NCBI GenBank assembly: GCA_964016885.1
Contig: OZ024743.1
Location: 205,096,001-205,160,000 of the forward strand
Direction of reading: 5' to 3'
DNA from: Eledone cirrhosa
Taxonomy: Eukaryota
Length of the DNA stretch: 64,000 nucleotides
Under the pieces are notes generated by a model that saw only the letters and a program-made list of their open reading frames with translations, was not told the DNA's origin and made no database searches. Position 1 is the first letter of the stretch. Every line of letters starts with the position of its first letter. Made by a program: the position numbers and the translations under genes. Below are positions 11,323-21,900 of the stretch, one piece after another.

Positions 11323-12340
11323 ATATATATATAGGTATATATCTTTATTATTTATTTTTATATATATGTGTATGTGTGTATGTGTTGCGTGTGTGTGTGT
11401 GTGTATATATATATATATCTTTATATATGTGTATGTGTATGTTCGTGTAAGTGTATGTGTGTGTATGACTGTATATGTATGTGTGTATGTGTGTATGCGT
11501 AAATATTTCTATGTGTGCGTACATGTATGTATGTGTATATATCTGTATGTGTATGTATATTATATTATATTTATTATATTTTATTGTTTTATTTTTTTAT
11601 TTTTCTTAATTTATAGATACATTTATATTGGACAGTTTGCTCAGACAGTTGAATACTGACCCCTCCCCCCCCCTCCCACCTAATTTCTGTATCTTGATCT
11701 AGAAATGTGTGTGCCAGTGTTTTATGTGAGTGAATTAATATCCATGTGCTTATGATTTTATATCCACATATATAAATGTGAGTGGGGGTGTGTGTGTGTC
11801 TGTATGTTCGTGGTTATGTGTATATTTATGCATATACGCGCGTGTATGTGTGATTGTACTGATATGTGTGAGTATGAAAAAATATATTTATATACTTGAT
11901 TTCATAAGTATCTTATCTGCGCATTGTAAGCTCACAGAGACATTAACCTTGAAATTTCGTATTTGCATCCATCCTTTTAGTATGCGTATACAAATTATAC
12001 ATACATTTTTGTAAAATATGTGTAAGGGTTTTACATGTATATACACACACCGAACTGCATTTAACCCTTTGTGTTTTCATTGGTCAATTTTGAACTGAAA
12101 TTTTGAATTGTTGTTATTATCAATAAATATACTTCATTATTTCTGAAGACGGCGTATATATGTGTTTGGTATGTATATTTAATCTTGATAATTTGTATAA
12201 TTTTGTATAATTTTGTACATAGATCTGTTGAATATGCATACCAATTATAACACATATATATCCTAGAAACGATCGTTAAATAATGAACTTTTTTTGTTTA
12301 ATATAAGGAATTGTTTATTCATTATTTGTTTAATATTTTA
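9199..12340 (+). repeat. 5' pseudo-LTR of the PLE (about 3.1 kb, largely TA/TG/TATG microsatellite mosaic)
   Basis: Near-identical to about 15631-18780 (offset 6432-6440) and to the inverted copy at about 2907-5886. Confidence 0.88.
12133..12287 (+). ncRNA. Type I hammerhead ribozyme motif with about 115-nt stem II
   Basis: Stem I TTCATTATTT (12133-12142) pairs with AAATAATGAA (12278-12287). Core CTGAAGA at 12143-12149. Stem II pairs TATATATGTGTT/AACACATATATA and TGGTATGTATATT/AATATGCATACCA. GAAA at 12266-12269, palindromic stem III C-GATC-G, predicted cleavage after GTT at 12277. Confidence 0.72.
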
Positions 12341-12630
12341 TCTTGACTCTGTATACCGTTTATCTTTCACCGAAAGTCGTTTTTCATTACATCTCTTCTT
12401 TCCATGATATCCGGAATACATTGAGTTCTTCATACGGATTGGACACTACCGTAAACTCTTGGTAGATTTATCTACATAATTTTGCTCCTATTTTCACGGA
12501 AATATTCGTATTTTTGTACTGTATGTGTGTATTAATTTTATATTTATGTATAAACATATATATATGTATGATTTTGTAAACCCATATACATTTAGTTGAG
12601 CTCTTTCAATTGTCCATCATCCATATCACA

Positions 12631-15072
12631 ATGGAAAAACAATATTTAGGAACCTCCTTGAAAAACATACCAATACCTTCTAAGGACGACTTCTTACTCC
12701 TTATGATTCAGAAAACTAATAATTTTATCAGAAGGGTTAGATGGAGAGCCTACCACTTCGATAGAAAATCTAAACAAGCAGATCGGAAATATATGTATGA
12801 TTTCAATACTTACAAGAATCCACCACACAACTTTTTACTTGAAGACTTCGAGAAAGACCTTTTTAATTTAATTAAACACCTCAAATTTAAAAAGTATAAA
12901 TCCGTCTTTCAAAAGGACCTTGATTCTACCCTATTGGACCTAAAAAAGTCTAAAAAAATCCATGTCCACTCGGACAAAACTGGTAATTTGTATCATATGG
13001 ATATTGAACATTATAACGAGTTCATATATAAAGAACTCAGAAAAAATTATAAAAAATCTAATAATGTGTCACTCACCAACATCAACAACAAAACACACAA
13101 CATAGTAAAAAAACTAAACATTGAAGATAGAACTGAACCTTTGGCATTGAAAAGACCACACTTCAACCTGAAAGATCACAAATCTAACTTTAACTCAAAT
13201 CCTTCTATTAGACTTATATGTCCCTCCAAATCAGATATTGGAATAATTAGCAAAAAAATTTTAGATAGAGTCATCCCACAAATAAGAAAACACGTTATTT
13301 TACCACTCTGGGAAAACACCTCCCAGGTAATTAACTGGTTTAAAAATATTAGGTGTAAATCTTCTGCTTCTTTCCTACAATTTGATATAGATAATTACTA
13401 TTCTTCTATATCACCTATACTCCTGAACAAAGCATTGATATTTGCTAAAAATAGATCTAACTTAACTTTGGATGACATTAACATTATTACACATGCTAGA
13501 CTAACACTTATTGAATTTCAGAATGAATACTGGACCAGAAACACATACAGTAATCTTTTTGATATTACTATGGGTTCAAGCGATTCCGCCCAAATTACTG
13601 ATCTTGTGGGCCTCTTTCTCCTTTTCAACATAAATGCCTCTTTTCCCCACCTCAAAGGTGGTTTATATCGTGATGACTGTCTTCTTCTTTCTAACAACCT
13701 TAGCCTTTCAGAAATCGAAAAAAACAAAAAACATATTAGAACTTTCCTTAAAGACTATTATAATCTTAATATTACTTTTGAAAAAACAAGTAAAGTAGTA
13801 AATTTCCTAGATATAACTTTAGATTTAGCTACGGGTATCTACCAACCTTACCATAAACCTAACCAAAACTTACATTACATACACTCACAATCTAATCACC
13901 CTAAATCTATCCTTAAAAACCTTGCATATAATATATCACTTAGAATTTCTAACCTTTCTTCTAACCAAGATGTATTTGATAAAAATGCGACCTTCTATAA
14001 CGAAGCTCTAGATAGAAGTGGCCACAAAAATAGATTAGAGTATATACCTTCTACTAAAAATACTGAAAGCATACAACATAATATTACCAACAAAAACCAA
14101 ATGAAAAGTACACACCTAAATGCCACCCACACTATACCCCAAAATACTAAATCTTCTAATATAAAGTATAGTAACTCTCAAAAAACTACTCATCATACAA
14201 CTATAATAAATATTAATAATAAAACTCCTAATAAAAAAGATAAAACACCTAAATCTACAAATATAACTAAAAATAGTTGTGGTGAGATCATTAACATTAA
14301 TCCTCCTAGTAAAAATCACGATACAACCTATAAAAATAATAAAAATAATAAACAACATAGAAACCGTAATAGACGGGTTACTTGGTATAATGCTCCTTTT
14401 AATTTACAAGTTAAGGATAATATTGCTAAAAAATTTTTTTATATCCTTGAGAAAAACTTCCCGCCAAACCACAAATACCATCAAATCTTAAATAGGTCTA
14501 CAGTTAAATTCTCATACTCTACAACAAATAACATAAAACAAAATATAAGTGCATATAATGCATATAAATGTAAGAAAACCATAAGTATACCACCAGTACA
14601 TCAAATTAACCATAATATCTCCTCAAATACAGAATTAACGAAAGGATGTAACTGTAGAAACAAAGCAAACTGCCCATTAAAAGGGAATTGTCTTGTTAAC
14701 AACATAGTCTATAAATGTAATGTTAAAACTAAAGATTCTATTTGCTCATATATAGGAGCTACCTCTAACAATTTTAAGACAAGGTTTAATACCCACAAGC
14801 ATAGTTTTAAAAATGCCGCACTGGCTAATACAACATCTCTAGCAGAAAAAATCAATAGTTATAAAAATAAGAATATAAAATATGATTTGACCTGGAGTGT
14901 GCTCAAAAGAGCCACCCCTTATCAAAATAATAGAAATGAATGTAGATTATGTTCCCAAGAACTATTTGAAATAATGAAGTCTAAGGATATCTTATTAAAT
15001 AAACGACAGGAATTAATTATATCGTGTAATCATAAACTAAAAAAAACATTTAAATATTATAAACCTAATTAA
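12631..15072 (+). CDS. PLE reverse transcriptase + C-terminal GIY-YIG endonuclease, intact (813 aa from first ATG)
   Basis: Same protein as 6445-8886 apart from one visible substitution (ITNKNQ vs ITNKHQ). No stops or frameshifts. Confidence 0.92.
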   Translation: MEKQYLGTSLKNIPIPSKDDFLLLMIQKTNNFIRRVRWRAYHFDRKSKQADRKYMYDFNTYKNPPHNFLLEDFEKDLFNLIKHLKFKKYKSVFQKDLDSTLLDLKKSKKIHVHSDKTGNLYHMDIEHYNEFIYKELRKNYKKSNNVSLTNINNKTHNIVKKLNIEDRTEPLALKRPHFNLKDHKSNFNSNPSIRLICPSKSDIGIISKKILDRVIPQIRKHVILPLWENTSQVINWFKNIRCKSSASFLQFDIDNYYSSISPILLNKALIFAKNRSNLTLDDINIITHARLTLIEFQNEYWTRNTYSNLFDITMGSSDSAQITDLVGLFLLFNINASFPHLKGGLYRDDCLLLSNNLSLSEIEKNKKHIRTFLKDYYNLNITFEKTSKVVNFLDITLDLATGIYQPYHKPNQNLHYIHSQSNHPKSILKNLAYNISLRISNLSSNQDVFDKNATFYNEALDRSGHKNRLEYIPSTKNTESIQHNITNKNQMKSTHLNATHTIPQNTKSSNIKYSNSQKTTHHTTIININNKTPNKKDKTPKSTNITKNSCGEIININPPSKNHDTTYKNNKNNKQHRNRNRRVTWYNAPFNLQVKDNIAKKFFYILEKNFPPNHKYHQILNRSTVKFSYSTTNNIKQNISAYNAYKCKKTISIPPVHQINHNISSNTELTKGCNCRNKANCPLKGNCLVNNIVYKCNVKTKDSICSYIGATSNNFKTRFNTHKHSFKNAALANTTSLAEKINSYKNKNIKYDLTWSVLKRATPYQNNRNECRLCSQELFEIMKSKDILLNKRQELIISCNHKLKKTFKYYKPN

Positions 15073-15596
15073 TAACATTATTTTAGAAATTAATTTAATT
15101 TAAATGTTAGTTAACCTATAAATTTAATTTAATTAATATTTTATTACAGATGAGAATATAAAATATTATGTAATCATAAATTGTGAAAAACCTTTAAATA
15201 TTACTAATATATACTTAGTAATTTAATTTATAGATTAATTTTAATTTATTTAAACCTTTTATTATAACTCTTTTACAGATAAAATATAACAAAATAATAT
15301 CGTGTATCCAATGACAGAGAAATAATTTTTAGTATTATAGACCTAATTAATATACATTTTAGAAATATATTTATTATTTGGTTTTAGTTTTAATCAACCT
15401 AAAAATTTTAATTTTAATTTGCTTAAAATTAGTATCCTTATACAAACGAATTGCAGAATGTCATGTAATCATAGAATGGGATGCGTTTTGGATATATACC
15501 TAGTTAATATATTCTATGCAATTTTTTTGAAAAAGATATGTATATGTATATGTGTATGTGTATGTGTGTGTGTGTATGTGTATGTGTATGTATGTA

Positions 15597-15630
<34 letters not shown>

Positions 15631-15641
<11 letters not shown>

Positions 15642-16778
15642 GTGTGTGTATATGTATGTATATGTGTATGTGTATGTATATGTATATGTATGCGTATTAA
15701 TTTTGATTTCTATTTGCATATAATTATATTATGCTATTGATGAAATACAGTATCTGCTTTATGTATTGTATACCTAATTAACATATACTATTGAAATAAA
15801 TATATAATTTTTAATTTAGTTAACATATAATTTATATTCTACTACCGATGTAATACTTTATTTTATTTTTTTCCCTATTACTAAATTCATTTCCTAATAT
15901 TGATACCATAACGTTATTAACTTTAATTTAGTTATACTGTAATTAATAATCTACTACTGTTTGACTTCAAAATTCTGCTTCAAATATTATAAACCTAACT
16001 AATTTACACCTTAGAAATCAATATGTTGACTATCTTTGGTTTAGTTAACATATGATTAATGATATACTTATTTATTTTGAGATGCATAGATTTTGCCTTG
16101 GTTCTTGTTTGTCGTATTTCCTAACACTGAAAATATGTAAGAACATACATTGGATAAAAATACGGAAAATTTTCTATGTTTCTTGAAACATATATTTACT
16201 TTGATCCCCTTCTCCAAACCCCCCCTTTCCCCCATACTATTATCATCTGTATTTGTAAGCGTCTATGTATGAATATATATGTAGGTAGGTGTCTATATAG
16301 GTTTGGGTATTTATATCTAAATATAAAAATACATATATGCGCATGCAAATATGAATGTAAGATTGCGTGTGTATATATGAGTGTGTATATGTATGTATAT
16401 ATGTGTATATATGCATTATATATGTATGTGTATGTGAATGTGTGTACGTATATGTGTATGTATGTGTATATATGTGTATATATGTGTATGCATGTATATA
16501 TAGGAATATATATATGTATATATATATATGTATATGTATATGCGTGTGTATGTATGTGTGTGTATGTGTGTTGTATATATATGTATGTCTCTCTATTTAT
16601 ATGTTTATCTTCGTATCTATGTGATATATGTGTGTGTGTGTGTGCATGTATGCATATGTATGTGTTTATGTGTATTTGTGTGTGTGTGTGTACATATGTG
16701 TGTGTGCGCACACACACATATATATATGTGAGTGTGTATATGTGTCTGTGTATATGTGTGTGTGTATATATGTATATA

Positions 16779-16826
<48 letters not shown>

Positions 16827-16920
16827 TGTCTATGTGTGAATATATGTCTTTATTAGTATGTGTGTATTTATGTATGTATATGTTTATATGTATGTATGTA
16901 TGTGTATGTATGTATGTATA

Positions 16921-16977
<57 letters not shown>

Positions 16978-17099
16978 CTTTATTATTATAATATAACTTA
17001 TGTGTATGTATGTATAAGTGAGGTTGTGTACGTGTATATAATATGTGTATATATAAGTGTATTTAATGTATATATATATATGTGCATGTCTGTTTTTTA

Positions 17100-17144
<45 letters not shown>

Positions 17145-17211
17145 GTGTGTATATATATATATATGTGGGTGTTTGTATGTGTATTTATGGTGGTATGAGT
17201 GTGTGGATATC

Positions 17212-17253
<42 letters not shown>

Positions 17254-17283
17254 AGTGTATGTGTGTATATATATATATATATA

Positions 17284-17316
<33 letters not shown>

Positions 17317-17715
17317 GTGTATGTATGTGTCTCTATATATATATCTCTATTAATGCGTGTGTGTATGTATATACATATGCCTTTTTATTATTATTTTTAT
17401 TTGTATGTCTGAGTTAGGTGAGGTTGTAGTTTTTTTTATGTATATATGCATATATAGATGCGTATGTATTTGTATATATGAGTATAAGTAAGTGCATAAG
17501 TATGTATGATTATATATCTAATTCTATGTATGAATATACATGTATATATATATGTGTGTATGTAAGTTGTGTGTGTATGTATCTACATGTCTATGTGTGT
17601 GTATATATATATATGTATATATATATATATGTATATCGATGTGCGTATATGTATGTACATGTATGTACATGTATGTGTGTATGTATGTGTATGTATATTT
17701 AGATGTATGTGTGTC

Positions 17716-17762
<47 letters not shown>

Positions 17763-18772
17763 ATATATATATAGGTATATATCTTTATTATTTATTTTTA
17801 TATATATGTGTATGTGTGTATGTGTTGCGTGTGTGTGTGTGTGTGTATATATATATATCTTTATATATGTGTATGTGTATGTTCGTGTAAGTGTATGTGT
17901 GTGTATGACTGTATATGTATGTGTGTATGTGTGTATGCGTAAATATTTCTATGTGTGCGTACATGTATGTATGTGTATATATCTGTATGTGTATGTATAT
18001 TATATTATATTTATTATATTTTATTGTTTTATTTTTTTATTTTTCTTAATTTATAGATACATTTATATTGGACAGTTTGCTCAGACAGTTGAATACTGAC
18101 CCCTCCCCCCCCCTCCCACCTAATTTCTGTATCTTGATCTAGAAATGTGTGTGCCAGTGTTTTATGTGAGTGAATTAATATCCATGTGCTTATGATTTTA
18201 TATCCACATATATAAATGTGAGTGGGGGTGTGTGTGTGTCTGTATGTTCGTGGTTATGTGTATATTTATGCATATACGCGCGTGTATGTGTGATTGTACT
18301 GATATGTGTGAGTATGAAAAAATATATTTATATACTTGATTTCATAAGTATCTTATCTGCGCATTGTAAGCTCACAGAGACATTAACCTTGAAATTTCGT
18401 ATTTGCATCCATCCTTTTAGTATGCGTATACAAATTATACATACATTTTTGTAAAATATGTGTAAGGGTTTTACATGTATATACACACACCGAACTGCAT
18501 TTAACCCTTTGTGTTTTCATTGGTCAATTTTGAACTGAAATTTTGAATTGTTGTTATTATCAATAAATATACTTCATTATTTCTGAAGACGGCGTATATA
18601 TGTGTTTGGTATGTATATTTAATCTTGATAATTTGTATAATTTTGTATAATTTTGTACATAGATCTGTTGAATATGCATACCAATTATAACACATATATA
18701 TCCTAGAAACGATCGTTAAATAATGAACTTTTTTTGTTTAATATAAGGAATTGTTTATTCATTATTTGTTTA

Positions 18773-18780
<8 letters not shown>
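15631..18780 (+). repeat. 3' pseudo-LTR of the PLE
   Basis: Direct repeat of 9199-12340. Terminates at ...GTTTAATATTTTA joined to (TA)n. Confidence 0.88.
18573..18727 (+). ncRNA. Type I hammerhead ribozyme motif (3' pLTR copy)
   Basis: Same sequence as 12133-12287 at offset 6440. Confidence 0.7.
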
Positions 18781-18804
<24 letters not shown>

Positions 18805-18818
18805 CATACATCTATATA

Positions 18819-18880
<62 letters not shown>

Positions 18881-18905
18881 ATATATATATACATACATCT
18901 ATATA

Positions 18906-18943
<38 letters not shown>

Positions 18944-18950
18944 TGTATAT

Positions 18951-21900
18951 ATCATCATCATCATCATCATCATCGTTTAACGTCCATGTTCCACGCTTGC
19001 ATGGGTTTGGACGGGAGTTTTCCCACTTGAGGCAAGAGTGGTTGTCTTGCTCGCATAGGACTGTCTGGTGGGTTTTCTACAGCTGGATGCCCTTCCTAAC
19101 ACCAACCACATTTACAGTGTGGGACTGGGAGGTTTTTACCGTGTTGCCTACACGGCCACATTACAGCGTGGACTGTTTTTTTTTTTTGTTTTTTTTTGTC
19201 GTGACACCTACACGAACTCATTTGTTTCGGCCTGGATGATGTGGCACCAACATAACTTTACATTGAAAGGGGCGGTGTGGATGGGGTGGGGGTGGTGGGA
19301 CGGGGGTGTGTTTTGTTAGAGATGCCTACTGACTGTAGTAGGTTTTACTTTGTATTTAGGTAAGGCGGGTCTTCTCTATTACTGAGTACCGCCAAAGGTC
19401 TTGGTCCAGTGACATTGTCTTGGAGAGGTGTAAGCGTGTGAGGTTGGAATTTATCAGCTCGTCCCAGGTTTTTCTGGGTCTGCCTACTCCGTGGCTACCA
19501 TCTATCTTTATTGCCCTGCACTTTGCTATACAGCTGTTGTCTTTCATGCGCATCACGTGACCATACCAACGTAGCCTTCTCTCGAGTAAACATCTGATCC
19601 CTCTTATTTCTTATTTTTTCCTTAGTTCGTTTATGCTTTGCCGTTCACGTATATTACTATTACACATCCAGCGGAGCATGCAAGCTTCGTTCCTCTCTAG
19701 TCTGCGTATATCCTCTGCACACAATGCCCAGGTCTCACTGCCATGCAACATTGCTGTTCGTATGCAGGCATCATACAACCTTTCATTTTTAGGGAGAACC
19801 CTTTAGCGGCTAATAGTGGTATAAGCTCTCTGAACTTTTTCCATCCAGTTCTGACTCTAGCTACTGTACTTTCAGAGCACCCTCCCCCACTGCTGATTTT
19901 GTCACCCAGGCAACGGAAGCTGTCCACTATTTCTATAGAACCCTCTGTGCAATTGAAAGAGCTAGTATTTTGTGGGCACTTGCTGCTACTTTTTGCACCA
20001 GAGCACCGGCCATATGTAAAATCTGTGTTCTTAGTTAGCTTACCTGTGATCCCACTACATCTTTTATGCACCCATACTTTGCATTTGGGACATAAAATGG
20101 AGTTTCTACCTACGCCTTTCCTACACACTGAGCATGGCCATTTCTCGGAAGGCACCGGCGCCTTATTTTCTTTCCTACAAACTAGAACTTTAGTCTTAGC
20201 CAGGTTAATTTTAAGGCCTTTTGATTCTAGGCCGTGCTTCCATGTTTGGAATTTCTTCTCTAGCTCGGCCATTGATTCAGCTATGAGCGTTAGATCATCT
20301 GCGTATAGGAGTTCCCATGGGCAGCCGGTCTTGAACTCCTCTGTTATAGCCTGAAGGGCAATAATAAATAGTAGGGGGCTAAGAACAGAGCCCTGATGGA
20401 CACCAACTTTTACGCTAAACTCTTCACTATATTCATTGTTAATTCTAACCTTGCTGACTGTTTCTTTATACATGGCTTGTATAGCTCTCATAAGCCATTC
20501 GTCAACACCTAGTTTTCTAAGAGCCCACCAGATAATGGAACGGGGGACTCTGTCGAAGGCTTTCTCCAAGTCGACAAAAGCTAAGTATAGGGGTTTACTT
20601 TTAGCTAGGTACTTCTCCTGTAGTTGCCGTAAAATGAAAAGAGCGTCTGTGGTACTTTTGCCTGACACAAACCCGAACTGCATTTCATCTAGATCAATTC
20701 TCTCTCTGATTAGTTGCGCTATTACTTTTTCCGTGACCTTCATGACCTGGTCGATTAATTTAATGCCTCTATAGTTACTCCTATCTAGGGCGTCTCCTTT
20801 ACTCTTGTAACAGTTTTAGGAAATAAATATCGGTGTACATGCAACATAATATAAAAGACAGTAAATACTGGTGTGTGTGTGCGTAATAAAGTTTTACTTC
20901 ATAGAAGTCAAAAGGCATATAATATAAGGGTTTGTTACCCGATGGTAATAATACAATTCTGAAGTTGGTAGAAACATCTTGGCGCTCTCACCTCAGGCTG
21001 CAAGCTGCATTGTGCTTGGTAACGAAAGGGTCGTCCAGAAGGAATCACAAGCTATGGTCGAAGGTGTTACCACTTCAGGAATCAGGAGGCGAGAGGGAGA
21101 TTTTGCGGTAAACCGCTCCTTTTATATCTGTTGCCCGTAAGTGACCACCAGGGAGTCTGGTCAATCCCAAAGGGAAGCAACTCCACCTACTTCCTGTCTA
21201 GAGAGCAGTGATTAGATTGTCGTGGCAGGGGAGGCAACTCTTACTACATTATCCCCCGCCAGATTTTGAAAACATAAAAATCGAAAGAAGCATGCATGGA
21301 GTAAGATGGCGAGCATGTAAGAGGCATGAATATGTAGCAGTAGCCTCCCTTGTTGTGACTCACAACCCCAATAGATTGACATCTAGACGGGAAATAGAAC
21401 CCTTTCTGTAACTTCCGGCAGAGCCCTATAAAACGAATAGCTCTCGGCTCTCTCCCTCTCATTTGCCCTTCCGGCGCCTGGCCTTCGCCAGGCGTCTCGC
21501 GTTTGCCTGGCAATCAAAACGGTAACTAACAGTTAATGATGATGCTGCTACGCCAGTCCTTCGGAACAACCCCATTCTGTATGACTTGGTTTACTATCCG
21601 GGTGACCATGGTGTGTCCCACCGTTCCAGAGGCCTTCAGCATCTCAGCAACTATTTCCGAAGGCCCAGCCGCCTTACCCGTCTTCATATCTTTGATTGCC
21701 TTACTTATTATACTACCTTCAACTAACACTGCTGGTCCCTCTATTGGATCGATCTGGGGGAGACTATCCTTCTCCCATTTATTCTCCTTATTTAGTAGCC
21801 TCTCGTAGTGACACTTCCAAGCGACCTTCTTATCAGCGTCAGTGATGGCGAGTACGCCATCATCATTTAGTACACACTTCTCCCCAACAATATCACGGTT

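Larger units (their letters stand above)
2771..18780. mobile_element. Penelope-like element complex: inverted copy (2771-9198, minus) joined head-to-head to a pLTR-ORF-pLTR copy (9199-18780, plus)
   Basis: Two near-identical RT + GIY-YIG ORFs in opposite orientation. Direct repeat 9199-12340 vs about 15631-18780. Short direct repeat 2771-2928 vs 9041-9198. Both outer ends run into (TA)n. Tandem/inverted pLTR architecture is typical of PLEs. Confidence 0.92.

Noticed and set aside
12610-12630. 820-aa start from the ORF track
   Set aside because: It begins at TTG; the first ATG is at 12631 (8886 in the inverted copy). An upstream spliced leader cannot be excluded.
903-20710. Flanking RTE copies as terminal inverted repeats of one giant transposon
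   Set aside because: The two RTEs differ by many substitutions and indels, and the right one extends to a near full-length LINE; better explained as independent insertions.
21487-21529. Helitron 3' end (hairpin plus CTRR)
   Set aside because: No 5' TC terminus or A|T target, and the 8-bp flanking duplication is not expected for Helitrons.
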